A DNA stretch of 64,000 nt from Lama guanicoe (GCA_013239625.1 MU054391.1:7783095-7847094), one strand, 5' to 3'. Positions 23,893 through 37,644 are shown, counted from the stretch's first letter. Translations and numbers: made by a program. The notes: generated by a model not told the origin, from the letters alone.

Positions 23893-26800
23893 TGGGCGCA
23901 CATCCAGGCTGCCCGGCTGCGCAGCACGGGGCGGCCTCTTCAGCGGCTTCTGCACCATCGCGGTTACCCCGTCCTCAGCCTCCCTCCGGGCCACGTGACA
24001 CCCTCTGGCTGTTAATCCACAGTCCAGTCATGACCCGGATCCCCAGATGCTGATTCTGCCTGGCAGCTCGCCCACTCTATCCACACACCCTTCTCACACA
24101 CGGACCTCGCCCTTGCCCCGGAGTTAAGCTACCGCCCTGCCCCGGTTCCTGGAATATGGGACCTCCGTCCCCCCGCAAGATACCAACCATGAGCTCCAAA
24201 TACGGGGTTCTTGTCTTTCGAGTCCTCAGAACTGAAGCGCAAGCTGCTTTCTTTTCATGTATAAGTTGCATGTTACCGTGCCCTCTTCCCAGGCTTCTGG
24301 AGAGGAGAAAATAGGGCAGCAGCTCTGAGCGGACATCGCAACCCAGAGGATGAAGTGGTGAAGGATCACTCCTGCTTCCTCCTCCGTCTGCTGCAGGGCG
24401 CCCCACCCACCGCTGGGCAGCGAGAGCCACCTGAGCGGACCGTTTCCCAGGCTGCTCTGGATGAGGGATGCTCGCAGATACCTCAGCGCACTCCGGCATT
24501 TGTCTTTTTTGTCTCTTCCTCCCCGTGAGTCTGAAAGCGCCGTGACAGCTGGGGGAGGAGCTGAATTCTCACATTTCATGAAACAGGGCCAGACAAATAG
24601 TAAGCTTTCAAGAGATATTTGTTGAATAAATAAATATGACATTCTCAGGGGAAAGTATAATATTAACTACATATTATAGGAGGGGAAACTGAGGCTCAAA
24701 GAGGCAAACTGACTCAACGGAAGTCACCTGCTGCTCAGTGCTGCTCCGGATTCAAGATCTGACTGGCCCCACGTTCAGTATTCATTACACTCCTGACTCC
24801 ACATTTTACAGGTGTTCTGCCCAATTTTTTCCCTTGAACACCTGCCTGCCCAAATGCTATAATTAGAGAACTTTGGGGGTGTCCAGTATGTGTCAGTTAT
24901 ATATTTATCTTTTTTCCTCATTTAATATCAACAAATGAGTAGGTGCTGATTTCGTCCCCATTTTACAGATGAAGAATTTGAAACTCTAAGAGGTACCGTC
25001 TGCTAGTTAGTGCAGTCCTCTCTGTCAAGGCTGCTGACTTCAAACCCCCGCATTTATTGTCCTTCTTCTGAGGCTGCTCTTTCCTGCTCTGCCCACTTGG
25101 TTGCTGCTTTTTTACCCTCGAGGTCAGAATTGCAAAGATGCTTCCTCAGAGGGTCTGGACCTCCTGGGCTATCCCGCTAAGGCAGCTCCAAGTCTCTCCT
25201 TCAGATTACCTTATTTCAGCTTCCTGGTCTCATCGCTATATAATATCCTCTTATTCATTTTTGAGTTGGTTTCCTATCACTAGAATCAAAATTCTGTCTG
25301 GAGGAGGACTCGGTCCCATTTGTTGCTCCATCCTTGGCATCTGGACAGCACGGGATATAAATTGGGATTTGATAAATACTTGCAGGCTGACCACCTCTGT
25401 CTGCTACTCCAGGCATCTTCTTTTCTCCTCTGGGCAAGCTTTGCCTCTCCAGGGCTTCAAGGACCTATCTGGTATAAAAAGACCTGGAGAGGATGCAAAG
25501 TTAATGCCTCCGCTCCTTAGACACAGAGGAAACTTGCCCGAATTTTCTCATCCTCCAAAGATGAAAATTACAACTTTGCTCAGGAACTTGTCGCATTGTC
25601 TTACTGCCCTGCCAGGAAATTCTTCTCCAGATCTGACCTAAATTTGTCCAGCTGTGTCTGAGACTGACTTTGTCCTGGGTGGTCCTCAGTGGGGGCAGCT
25701 AGCGAAAGAGCTCTTTGTGTCCAATGACCCAACGCCCCACTCAGACCTCTCCACGAGAGGGAAGACGGGGCTTAACGCACGGTGACAGCCTAACTGAGTT
25801 CACCAGCTCCCGGGAGGCAGCCAGGGATCCGTAGATAAGGCCCTGGGGAAAAGCTGGAAGATCTGGACTTAGCTTTAGCCCTTTGCCTATCTGCTGGGTG
25901 ATCTAGGCTAAGTCCAGCCTTTGGGAGTTTCAATTTGTCCCCAGTAGTGTGCATAATTACACCTGTCTTACAGGTATGAAAGATGATGGTGGTGAGTTAT
26001 TGTTTGTTCATTTCTCCATTTATTTTAAAAAGTCTACTAACTCCTAAGGATTATGAGTCCAGAATAGAAAAAATGACCTATCCAAGCTCCCTGGGTAAAT
26101 TAATGTTAAAATTCAGAACATCTCTGTCTTCAAAGTCACGACATTACTTTGTAATTTTCCCTTATCCCTCAGAGGGATTTCAAGCTCCCTTGGACATTTT
26201 CAAAACAAGAGGAAAGGTTTTTGTTGAATACAGGGAGGGCTGCAAAGCAGGATCATTGTGAAACCACTGGGACTTGCCCCCAGGAGGAGGCAGGAAGCCT
26301 CGGGTCTACCTGGCTGACAGGTCAGGCTCGTTTCACCTCCTGACAGCCCTGCACCCCTGTAGCCGAACTCGCTTCAAGCGAGTCCATTCAGTCCATTTAG
26401 TCCTCATCGCTCCCCGGAAACCGACAGCATGGAGCTGACAGTGCAAAGGAGCAGGACGGCCCTGGCTTCAGACGGGAGCTGTCCTGGCCTCCGTCGTGGG
26501 TGTAAGCAGTCATTTCAGAAACCTTCCAGCAAAGCAAACCCAGCTGGGACTGGTATTGTCACTGTTTCCACCTACAATAAGCATGTTTTTCAAAATTTTG
26601 CCACAGGCATCAGGCACAGAATAAATCCTCAGCCGGTCGTGCAGCCGAGGAGGCTGAAAGGCACAAGGAAGGAGTGATCGGCTCCTTGCTTTCAGGACAA
26701 GGCAGGGCTAGAACCCAATGCTGCCCAGCTCTGGGTCCCTCCCACAGCACCGCACTCGACCACCAGATGAGTCTGGACGAGTGAATCTCGTAAGCATGTG

Positions 26801-26914
26801 AGTAGTTTCTGTTCCCTCTTAGTTTGGAATCACAGAATTCTTGAGCCACTGGATTCTAGTCACTGGTGTGGCAGTCAGTTTCCTCTAGGCTAATTCACTG
26901 CATGTTGCTAATAC

Positions 26915-27150
26915 CACTGCGTTTAAGAACGTGGGCTGGAGAGCCCACTAACAGGGTTTATATCCTGGCCGTCACACCCACGAGCTGTGTGTCACTAAGG
27001 AGTGAACTATGTCATCTTTTCTGTGTCAGGTTCCCCATCTACAAAGTAACGGTAGTAAACATGAGTGGCCTCATAAAGCTGATGTGTTGAATGAATTACT
27101 AGACATTCGCTGGTTAGAACGCCTGGCATTTACTAAGCACGGAGTAAAGG
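26915..27150 (+). mobile_element. MIR SINE relic
   Basis: gtttaagaacgtgggctggagagccc...ttccccatctacaaagt...gttagaacgcctggcattta. Confidence 0.7.
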
Positions 27151-27379
27151 CTAACTCTTACTTCTATTTAATAGATATGGAAACTGACATGCCCAGAGGC
27201 AACGTCAGAAGATGAATGAATGAAAATGTAGAAATTAGCGAGAGGCTTTCCCAACCTGTCCCAATGCCCTTTCCTCCAAATCAGTTAAATTAATAGACAC
27301 AAAGTGTCAAGGGCTTTGGACTCCCTCTGGCTCAGTTTCTCTGTGGTGCGGCAGGAGAGCTAAGGCCTAGAAAGGAGCC

Positions 27380-27550
27380 CTCCTGTCTCTGCACTGGAAC
27401 CACCTGGGGACACGGCAGGAAGGGACGGTTGCTGGGCCTCACTCTGAATCTATGAAATTTCCGGAAGTGGCACCTGACATTTGCTATTTCTAACAGTTCT
27501 CATGAAGCTGGATCAAAGCAGATCTGTGGAACGATGTTTGGGAGTCCCCG
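27380..27550. mobile_element. MER5-like hAT-Charlie DNA transposon relic
   Basis: gcactggaaccacctgggg...tgctgggcctcactctgaatc...tttctaacagttctc...tttgggag. Confidence 0.5.
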
Positions 27551-28984
27551 AATCACCGCATTCCATTTTGCCTTAGAATCAACTTGGTGGGTTGGGTTTG
27601 TATCTCTGGACCAGTAAGAAACTAATGATCTGGCTTTACTTTGATCCAAATGTTTGTTTATAAATTATATACTCAAACAAATGCACTGGAAATATTACGT
27701 TCGTCATTGAACGGACACACACAAAAACCATAAAAATGTCGACAAGGAAGGAGTACAAGATCAACATAAGTACACTGTCCAGTATCGTCTTTCCACTTAT
27801 AAAGGGCCATCTTGAGCATCACCTGGGTGAGCACAACCCATTTCCCAGATCATGGCTCTATCAAGCAAGATACCGTTTCTTGCTGGGGATCAAGGTGTAC
27901 GTAATCAACCCGCTGCTTCCCAGTCTCCGGTCCTGCCCTGACATGTGTGAATGCACAGCCGTGAAGGACAAGCTGGGGGACTATCCCTGACGGTCCTAGC
28001 TTCTCAAACTGCAGGGACCACTAAACTGGTCAATGTGAGTCGGGGAAGCGCCCCAGACTTCTCCCTATGCCCCCGCTTCCCGCCCCTCCCCCGAGGAGTG
28101 GTCCTAATCTAATTGGTCACGCACCGAGTCACGTCTGCAAGTGGATGGGTCACTATGCGTGGGTCACTGTGCGTGGAACGGTCACACACATGGGCGTGGC
28201 TCTTCCTGCTTTGTCCATATCTGGCTAGAGGGGTAGCTGACCTCAGGGCGGATGGGGCCTGCCTTCCTTCTTTAACTCCAGATATTCAGACTTGTGTTTG
28301 GGGACTAAAAGACATATGTCTTTGGCCACAGGCTCACTTGAGCTCTGACCAGAACTGTACCCAGCACAGCCCCCGCTGCACTCTGTCAGCAGCTCGTTGC
28401 TCTGCCCTGCCTGTCCTCCTGGGAAAGAGAGGTAACCGGCTCAGGGAGACATCGGCCTCCCAGCCCCACCGTGAACCCCTCTCTGCATCATCCAGATCGA
28501 TCTCTGCTGCTGCATCTCCTGGACCCACCACAGGTCAGCCTGATTCCAGTAACATTTTCCTCGTAGACTTTCCAACAGGCAACTCAAGTTCCAGACTTGG
28601 ATGGTACACATTCTACTGGCTTTGAATCAGACCATGTGGGTTTCGCCACTGAATGCTTGGGTGACCCTGGGCAAGTCAATTGATCTAACTGGGTCTATGT
28701 TCTCATCTGTAAAATGAGGATACTAAGAACTGCCTTGTCTACCTCATTTGACTGGTATGCGAGATGAATTTGTAATTGTGTTTTGTCAACTAAGAAATCC
28801 CATCCAAATGAAAGTGATATGAGGCCACCAATGAAAGAAAAAAATGCCTTTTTGTTTTGTTTTTAATGCAATGCAATCTGAGACTCTGGGCTTTTTCTCT
28901 TTAAACACAATTCTCATTGGAATGAGCTTACCAAGAAAATTCAGAAAAGACCTTCAGAGAGAGGGAAATTTTGTATGAATGGTA

Positions 28985-29700
28985 ATCATTCATTCTTCAT
29001 TTCATGGTAAACATATTCCAAGCCCTATTACATCACACAGGATCTGCCAAATACTAGAGGAAGAAAGGTGAGTGAGACATGGTTCTGGCCCCCACTGAGC
29101 TCACAATCTAACAGGGGAGAGAGAGAAAGAGAGAGGGAGAGAGAAGCAGGCAATCACAGTCCAGTGTGGCTAACTGCTGTGCTGGGGATGTGAACCCAGA
29201 GCTGCAGGGAGTGAACAAGAGGGCCAACAAATCCTGGGAGACATGACTTGAAGTAAATGCTCAAATACATAGAAGAGTAAATAAAACTAAAGTTGGGGAG
29301 GGAACATTCTGAATAGAGGGGAGACATGAATTTGAGATAGGAGAAGACTTTGCATCTTCAGCGAATTACAAAGTGCCCTGTGTGGTCCAAGCACCCTCTG
29401 CACATAGAGTGTGAGGAGGGAGGTTAAGACGGACCTGGAGCACAGGAGGATGGAGCCTGAGAAGCGGCATGCTTTTTTTTTTCCTTTAATTTTTTTAAAT
29501 TTATTTTTAATTTTATTTTAAAAATTTTTGGTGGGGGGAGGTCATTAGGTTTATTTATTAATTTTTTTAATGGAGGCACTGGGGATTGAACCCAGGACCT
29601 TGTGCATGCTAAGCACACACTCTACCACTGAGCTATACCTTCCTCTTAGAAATGGCATGCTTTTGATCTGTGTTTTAGAAATATCACTCTAGAGACTTCT
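28985..29700 (-). mobile_element. L2 relic interrupted by a SINE
   Basis: Starts at the tcattcattc tail; gagctcacaatctaacagggga; resumes after the SINE with tttgatctgtgttttagaaatatcactct. Confidence 0.65.
29477..29647 (-). mobile_element. tRNA-derived SINE, camelid Vic-1 type (long form)
   Basis: Minus strand reads GGTATAGCTCAGTGGTAGAGTGTGTGCTTAGCATGCACAAGGTCCTGGGTTCAATCCCCAG, then an internal CCTAATGACCTCCCCCC segment and an A tail. TSD core ggcatgctttt at 29466-29476 and 29654-29664. Confidence 0.92.
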
Positions 29701-29884
29701 TAAATTAATTGTGTACTGATACAAGCTCTAGGCAGGGTTTTCCAAATCTGGCTGAGCTATCAGATTCATTCATTCAGGGAGCTTGCTCTAAATTCAAGTT
29801 CCTGGACCTCATGTCTTCTAAACCTCAGTCTAGAGATGTGTCTTTGGAACGTGAATCCAGGTAATTCAGGTGAAGCCGTGTCAG

Positions 29885-30283
29885 CTAAAGTTGACTTAAT
29901 GATGGGCCCCGAAATGATATGTCTATATCCTGAACCCCTGGCCTGGGACTTGCCTTATCTGGAGAAAGGGTCATTGTGGCTTACCCTGGATTATGTAGGT
30001 GGGGCCGAAATGCAACTACACATATCCTAAGAGATAAGCGATCAGGAGGAGGTAATGTGGCCCTGATGGCAGAGATCAGAGTGATGTGGCCATAAGATAA
30101 GGAATAGCTGAGCCATCCGAAACGGGAGCAGGCTGTCCCCAAGGGCATCCAGGTCTCGTAAGGTCCTGCCGACTCCTTGATTCTACATTTCTGGCCTCCA
30201 GGGCTCTGAGCAGACACATTCCTGGTCTTTTGAACCACCCAACTCGTGGTCACGTGTTAGAGCAGTGCTGGGAAACGGATCCA
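29885..30283 (+). mobile_element. MLT1 (ERVL-MaLR) LTR, MLT1D-like
   Basis: ccctggattatgtaggtgggg, ggcagagatcagagtgatgtggcca, ttctggcctccag, aaccacccaactcgtggtc. A MER5-like piece precedes it (about 29730-29880). Confidence 0.8.
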
Positions 30284-30835
30284 TCAACTGACAGCAATTT
30301 TGTGTTTCACTCTCTTAGTGCCACGAAGGAGGGGAAAAGGGTGGCACAAACTGAGGCAAACTGAGTCAACTGTCTGATGGAGTTTGCTGAGAAAGTAGCG
30401 AGCGGCAGAGCAATGAAAGACACTTCCAGCCTGAGCTGCAGCCACCCCGACCTCGGCTGCCGGTTTGAACGTAGCCTCCCTCTCCCTTCCCCTCCGTCCT
30501 GCACCTCCTTCCAGTGAGCCCTGCTTTTACTCTCTGGGGCCGGAAGTGGCTGTGTGGATGGACAACCTTGAACACAAACAGACCTAGTTCTGTCTCACTG
30601 GAGGCCGGGCTCACCGACACCCAGAGGAAAACTCGCAGTTACTGACTGTGTGAAAACACAGGCCTGGGGGTGCAGGGGGCTGACCGGGCGGCTCCCTCCA
30701 CGCTGGGGCTGAGCCATCGCAGGTGCTGTGCAGGTCCGAAGCCAGATCCCCGAGCCACCCGGGACCTCTGCACCAACCTCAGGGACTTTCTCTATTCATT
30801 ATATTAGGCTATTAAGAAAAGTTCTCTCAATGGGC

Positions 30836-30940
30836 TGTGTGTGTCTGCATGTAGGTGTGTGTCACTGTGTGTGTCTCTGCATGTGTATTTGGGTGTATGT
30901 ACGTGTTTGTTTCACTCTGTGTGTCTGTGCCTACTTGTGT
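30836..30940. repeat. Degenerate (TG)n-rich simple repeat
   Basis: Interrupted tgtg runs. Confidence 0.75.
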
Positions 30941-33591
30941 TCAGTCCCTTCCTAGGAGCCATCTATTTCAGGAGCATCTATTTCATGATACTGAAGACAT
31001 TTCCTGAGCATCGAGTGTAGCCCCATTGAAGGCAGTGAAGACACAGAAATAAATTGGACTCAACGCCTGCCCTGCAGAATGCTCACAGCCTCGTGGAAGA
31101 AGACACAGTATCATGTGAAAGCAGAGAAAACCAACTTTGGATCCAGACAAACTTCCGCTCAAATTCAGGCTCTGCCTTCCATTAACTGAGTGATTATCCG
31201 CAAGCTTTCGAAGCCCTGGAAGTTTTAAATCTGTAAAACGAAAATAATAATGTCTTCTGCTCAAAGGTTTTGAAAGAATTTCATGAGTCAATATATGCAG
31301 AATCTGTCTGCTACACCCTGGGCGCTGAGTGAAAGAGAATGACTGTTATTTCATTTGTGCTGTAATAGAAGTGGGCAGAGCAGAAAAGAAGGAACTAAGC
31401 TTGGCAGAGTCAGGAAATCATCCCAGAGCCACTGAGGAGAACTGAGAAGCTGCCAGCATCTCTGGTGTGCTGGGTCTAAGCAGAAAGAAGAGTTGAGTCT
31501 GGGGAGGTAGAATCATCAAGAATCCTGGCTGCCATGTTAACCTTGACCTTGATGGGAAACTGACATGGCTTTGTAATTGATGTTAATTGAGAACTAACAT
31601 TATATTCCTCTAATTTCATACTCAGGAAACAAAAATTATTCATTCAAATGGGAGTAGTGCTTGGCCTCATAAAAGCAACATGAACACCAATCAATTGAAG
31701 AATTAAGGTTTTGCTCTTCATTTGGGGAAGGAGTCATTACCCTTAGGAAAATTTCCTAAAAATTGATTTTTATCCTATTCAGGGATAAAGCATGAATAAA
31801 AGAATAAATGAAACACACAAAAAATTAAAAAAAAACCAGCTTTTTTAGAGCACTCCCCGATGAATTCCACATATCTCACTTTTTGCCAAAAAAAAAAAAA
31901 TACCATATTATCACATTTTCTGAATGACATGGAGTCATCATCACACACATACATTACTTAGTGGTGCCACTGGTCTCAGCCCTTTGCCCCTCGTGAAGTG
32001 TTCTGACTGCCCAGCTCTTACACTGGACACGTCTGCTTTTGTTTTTATCCTAATTGTCCTCTTTGGCTCCACTCACTGTGCTCTTGTTGAGACCAACAAA
32101 AAGTGTTTGATTTCATTGAATCTTAATCTTCACCATAGCATTGGGAAGTCAGTACCATTATCCTCATCTTAAAGAATAAAACTCAGCTCAAAGAGATGGA
32201 AGTAACTCCACCAGTGGGCACCAGGCTAAATGCTGACGCTCACCGTTTGTGGTCTTACTGCATCTTTCACATACTCTGGTCCTCATTTTATCCCCTGAGA
32301 TTTAGAAGACTGTCTATTCTTTCAGATTCCTGAACTTGGATATTGGAGGTCCACCATCATTCTCTTCAACAGTATCTCCTATAACTTGGTGTCCAGTTAC
32401 CACCCAGTCCTGGTACCTTTTCTCTCTCTGACTATGCTTCTTTCATCAATGCTGCTACAGAAGTAGCGTACAGTGCTCAGATTCACACAGATTCATCCCG
32501 AATCCCATTGACCAATGCAGACCTACTCCTGACTCATTCTGAGGTGGCTATCCCTAATTCAGGCCAAGAAGACTCCAGGAAGATGGACTTTTAACCTAAA
32601 GCAGCGTTCCCCTCCTGTCTTTACAATTACTTCCCTTACACACACAAGGCCCCACTGAGAGAATGAGAAGGAGGCAAACCAAAGCAGAGAAGAATCATCA
32701 GATACAAAAATTATCCCCAGCCTTGGAACCCACAGACATCTGAATTTTTTTTCCCATCAGCTCAGTTCACTGACCTGCAGATTCCACAGTCTACTGTTTT
32801 AATAGAACTTTCTCCCAACACTTCAGTAAATCTCAATGGAGTGCTCTTCTGAAAAGCCCAGATGCTCAGGGAAGACTTGTTTAATCATGGTGCTCCATGT
32901 TTTTAAATAAGATGAGGCAAGCGACAGCCAGGATTCCATAATTCATGGTGTGCACCCTTTCAGAAAGCTTTTTTATTGAGAATTTGATTGCTAGTCCAAT
33001 CATATTGCATACACAGATGACTCTCAGAAAGAGAAGACACATCGCCGGTTCAGGAAAAAAATTCAGAATACTTGCAGAGGACTTATGCCCCTCTAGGATG
33101 TGGTGACCTAGAAATTGGAATGAAAAGGCAGGCAGTGGAGTCTCACTTGTTACGTTCAGGAAGGAATACTTTTTGACGGGCCCGAATCAGCTGAACATCA
33201 AGTCTGTTCAGCCAGTTCCTTTCCCAAGTGGCAGAGACAGGCTGGCACAATGCAGGCAGTGGGCAGGCCAGCCTGGAAGGGACTCCAGACTCTGCCACTT
33301 GGATGGAGCCCACACAGAGGATGCAGCCTCGCTGAGTCTCCATTTCCAGTTTTACAGTTGGGAGCATTAAGTCATGCATCACTTACAGACTTCCAGCTTC
33401 ACGGCAGTTGCTCAATGAATGGCAGCTGCTTTGTTAACTGAGTTATCTAGGCAGAAAATCACTTTCCATTTTCAAAGAAAAATAGGCAACTAGATTTTCG
33501 CTAAATGCTGGGTGTGGAGACCACCACCATTTGGGGAGCAGTGTCTCCGTATGCCAGACACAAGGCTCACGTGTTTAATCTTCACATTTTC

Positions 33592-34021
33592 TGCAGTGGG
33601 TTAAATGGTGGGTCTGTGAAAATTTATGCTCACATCCAAATCCCCAGAAGCCGTGAATGTCACCTGATTTGGAAAAAGAGTCTTTGCGGAAGTAATTTCA
33701 TCAAGGATCTTGAGATGAGATCATCTTGGATTATCTGGTGGGTCTTAAAGCCAATGAAAATGTCCCTCTAGACAGACACACAGAGACAGACATACAGAGG
33801 AAAAGGTGATGTGAGGATGGAGATACAGAGTGGAGGGTTGTGGCCACAAGCCTGGGAATGCCAGGGAAGCCATGAGAAGCTAAAAGAGGCAGGAAATTCT
33901 TCCCTGGAGCTGCCAGAGGGAGAACGTCCCCACTGAAGTTCAGACTTCTTAATAATTTTTTTTTGCATTAATCCACCAAATTGGTGATGATTTGTTATAA
34001 CAGGTTAAGAAAACTAATAAA
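33592..34021 (+). mobile_element. MLT1 (ERVL-MaLR) LTR inserted in a MIR
   Basis: gtgaatgtcacctgatttggaaaaagagtctttgc, aaggatcttgagatgagatcatcttggattatc, ggccacaagcc, aaactaata. Reverse MIR pieces flank both sides. Confidence 0.88.
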
Positions 34022-37000
34022 CCATCCTTCCTCTGTGGACATTTTTGAGCAAGAAACCTCAAAAAAAAGTCAAGTAACTTACCTAAGTTTAGAAAGCAGA
34101 GTGAAGCTGTGATGCAGACGTGGGCTCCCTTCACATGAAGACACAAATGCTTGCTTGTTCCTCCTGTTAAACGATCATCCTTGAGTCATCCATGAAGTCT
34201 CGGACTTGGGTTAAATTCTTATTACTCAAGAATGTTGGAAGGTTCATCATGAACATCCCTCTCACCATCTCCCATCCAACATAATCCAGTCTCTCCAATA
34301 AATCCAGTAACAAAGCCGATGTCCTAACTTGGCGTTTCAGAGGCTAGAATTAAGAGATATAAACACAGACAGAGAGTTATTTGGAGGAGCACAGCAGTTG
34401 GATGATCCATCTCCAGTTCTGGTCCAGAGTAACAAATAGAAAAGCGATGCAATAAGGAAACAGAATAATCAAACACATTGAACTGGAAACCAAAAGGTTT
34501 GGGAGTTGCCAGATGGGTCAGATACTTATGTGATCCAGAGAGAATCATTAACTCTCAGGGGACTTCATTTTCTTCAACAGAAAATATTGTGGCTGGAATC
34601 AATTATTTCTAGAATGCTCTTCCAACAAAATTCCCAAGAACTACTTTTCAGGACACTTCTGGCAAATACCTAGAGCCTGAATCTTGCTTATTTTGCCTTG
34701 CCCAAAGTTACTGGTTAATACCAAGTCCAATCAAAACTTGAAAAATACCATTCAACAAAAGATTTAACTAGATACAAAATCGAGGTCCATCCTGAACTTT
34801 AATAATCAAGGAGAGACTAGTTTTTTAGATATCAGTTTGTCCTCTACCCTGGGCAGGTTTTTCCTACGTAAACACCCCATGAGATTTGTCATCACCCTGC
34901 AGCTAACAAAGTGCTGTCATGCACGCATAGCCACTGGTGTCCACCCTGTAAGGTGGGCAGGTGTTGTCAACAGTTGACAGAGGAGGAATCAGAGTAGAAC
35001 CCCTGAGGCATGTCCAAGGTCACACTGCTGGTAGAGGTCAGAGCCAAGGCCTATCCCAGGCCCTCCAGGAGACAAAGTCTCTCTTCTTTTCACAGTAGTC
35101 AGTGTCTGTTGATGACACATGGACCTAAAAATCACATTATAACACCACCATGTTTCGATTGCATGAGTTAGAGAAAAGACTCGCAAAGCTTACAGTCAAC
35201 GCCTAATTATGCAATAATTGAAGATCATTATTTGCCTTTGGAGGCAATGGCTTTCTTTACTTTATTTTCCCAGCATCTGGGATATGAGTGACATTCCACA
35301 GAAGTTGAATGAACAAATGACAGATGAAATTAATTCATTAGTTTGGGAGTTGAAGTCCAGAGAGAGAAAGCAACTGGACCAGAATCACCCTGCCAATATC
35401 CTGGGACAGAATTCATTTCTAGATGCCTCATTGCGAGGGGAATGTATAACTAAATCTCTTTTATTTCATTTAAATTTAATTTTCCCCCCAAATCTCTTTT
35501 TTTTTTTTGAGTCTTTCTTCAGTTATGTTAAGTAGTCTGAAATCTATCTTGTATAAGGACCTGGACACTTGAAAATGATAAAATTTTGCAATATAAATGA
35601 CAGACGTGTGGCAGAAAAAGTCAAAATCATTGTATTTGTAGTCTTGGAGTAAGGCCAGAGGGTATGACAGAAGACCATGTTCGCATAAGCTGGAAAGTTT
35701 CCTAAAAATATAAACGTTGCCCTGTGGATGCTGGGGCCCCGACGTGACGCGTGGGATCTCTCTGGCCTGCTCACTACTTCCTCTGTGTTCTGGGCTCCAG
35801 GCCCATCTCCTTTTGTTTTTATTTCCTTCTGCATAACTGCTCCGATTATGTAATTGTTCCCTCATGATGAGACCTCAGAGGTCACTCACGATAGCATGAT
35901 GTCAAGACGAGAGCATACTGTGCAAATGGGAGGGGGGCAAAGAGCAGGGACCAGTCCCTCCTTCTGCCTGACACTTGCCACGCCTGCTTCTCATCCCTGC
36001 TCAGGAAGCTGGCGCTGAGAATTCTGAGTCTAGGGAAGGAAAACGTGTCTTGGTAGCAGCTAGGGAAGGAATGCTGCCAGCTCTCTGCATCTCCCAGAAA
36101 AATATAAATGTGGGAGAAGAGGGAGCCCTTTTGTGGCACCTGGATCACCCCAGTGGGGGCTGGAATATTTGGGGACTGGGGTTCTTGGCATTCATCAGCT
36201 CTGATTAGCTTGGCCATCCTGCCCAGAAACAAGGACAGCATTCCAGAGATGAATAGGTCCCCAGGGACCAGTTTAATACCTTCATTTCCTTTGCCAAGAG
36301 AGGAGAAAGGAAATACCTCAGGTCACCTGGTGAATTTGTGGCAGAGTTCAGTCCAGCCCCGTTTGCCCAGAGTACTCAAGGTTGATTCAAATTAGCCCCA
36401 ATGCAGCAAATAACAGGATATCAGAACCAGAGAGTCAAGGATTTAATGCCTTATGGAATTAAGCTTTCTATTCCTTTCCACCTTTCACAGACTTGGCAAA
36501 CTGTAGGCACGTAATATGTAGACTCATGTCTGCTTGAACTACCATGTAGATTAAAAAAAAATTGAAAAAAAGATGCTGGAGCACACAAGCCACTTGGAAT
36601 CGCCACGCGTGTTTGTTTATCCCATTCTTTGCCATCCTCTACCTCCCTCCCTACTGACCTCACCTCATTTTCCCCAACGACACCCCCCAGGTGGCTTTTC
36701 CGATTTAACAACACTACCCCATTTCTCTCACTTGGACCTTGACCTCTCACACCTCTAATCCCATTAGTTCAAATTTCTTCATTGTCCAGAGCCCAGAAAC
36801 CATGATCTGGGTGGAGCTGTATTAAATGGAGCCATTGACCAAACCATTTTGCTGATTCAAAGAATCATAAAAGAGAATCAGAATAATAGCCAGGAAATTT
36901 AGATCCTAGCCTCATGGGCTCATTTGGTAGCCCTTCTATCTTAATCTACATTTTCTTCCTCCCTTAAAGGAGGCAGTGAAACTTGAGTTCTGGGTTCAGT

Positions 37001-37596
37001 GTTGTACGAGTTTATGAATTGGATGAGATCAGACAGGTAAAGAGAGAGGCTTTTCTGAATTAATGATGTCTCCTGTCAAATCCAGCAGGAAGAAATGAGC
37101 TCCCAGGAGACTTACTCAGCTAAGCAAATGCTATGTAAACATGAGAAACTGCATTGATTTTCTTAATGTCACAAATGGTAAATTAATTTTTAATAAAAGA
37201 AAAATGAATTGTCCTAGTCTGGTGGGAGCCATTTTCTCTTGTGATTTTTTTTTTCTTCCTCTGAATGGAGCATCCCATTCTAGAATATTCCAGCATCCCA
37301 GACTGGAGAATTTTGAAGATGCTGATTCTGTCATTAGAAGAATGGATGAAATGGAAAATTGTCTTGGTGTCTCAAGCTCATGTGATGCCTACCTCACCAA
37401 GTCTCAGACTTTCTCTGGTTTATCTTTCACTGTTTATGTACCGTCTACATCTCAAAATAAGAGACAGCACTCTTTTGTGTGAAATACACTTGGCCTCTTA
37501 ACTTTGGGTCCCACCCAGTCATTAAGGACCCACTTCTCTTTCTAATTCTTCCAATATCTTCCTTTTAATGGATTCCTCTTGAAACCCCCCTCCCAC

Positions 37597-37644
37597 ATTG
37601 TAAGAAACCCATACAATCTCATTGTAAGAAACCCAGACAATCTC
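37597..37644. repeat. 24-bp tandem duplication
   Basis: attgtaagaaacccatacaatctc followed by attgtaagaaacccagacaatctc (1 mismatch). Confidence 0.95.

Noticed and set aside
30954..30984. Small tandem duplication (aggagc[c]atctatttc x2)
   Set aside because: Ordinary slippage event with no evident consequence.
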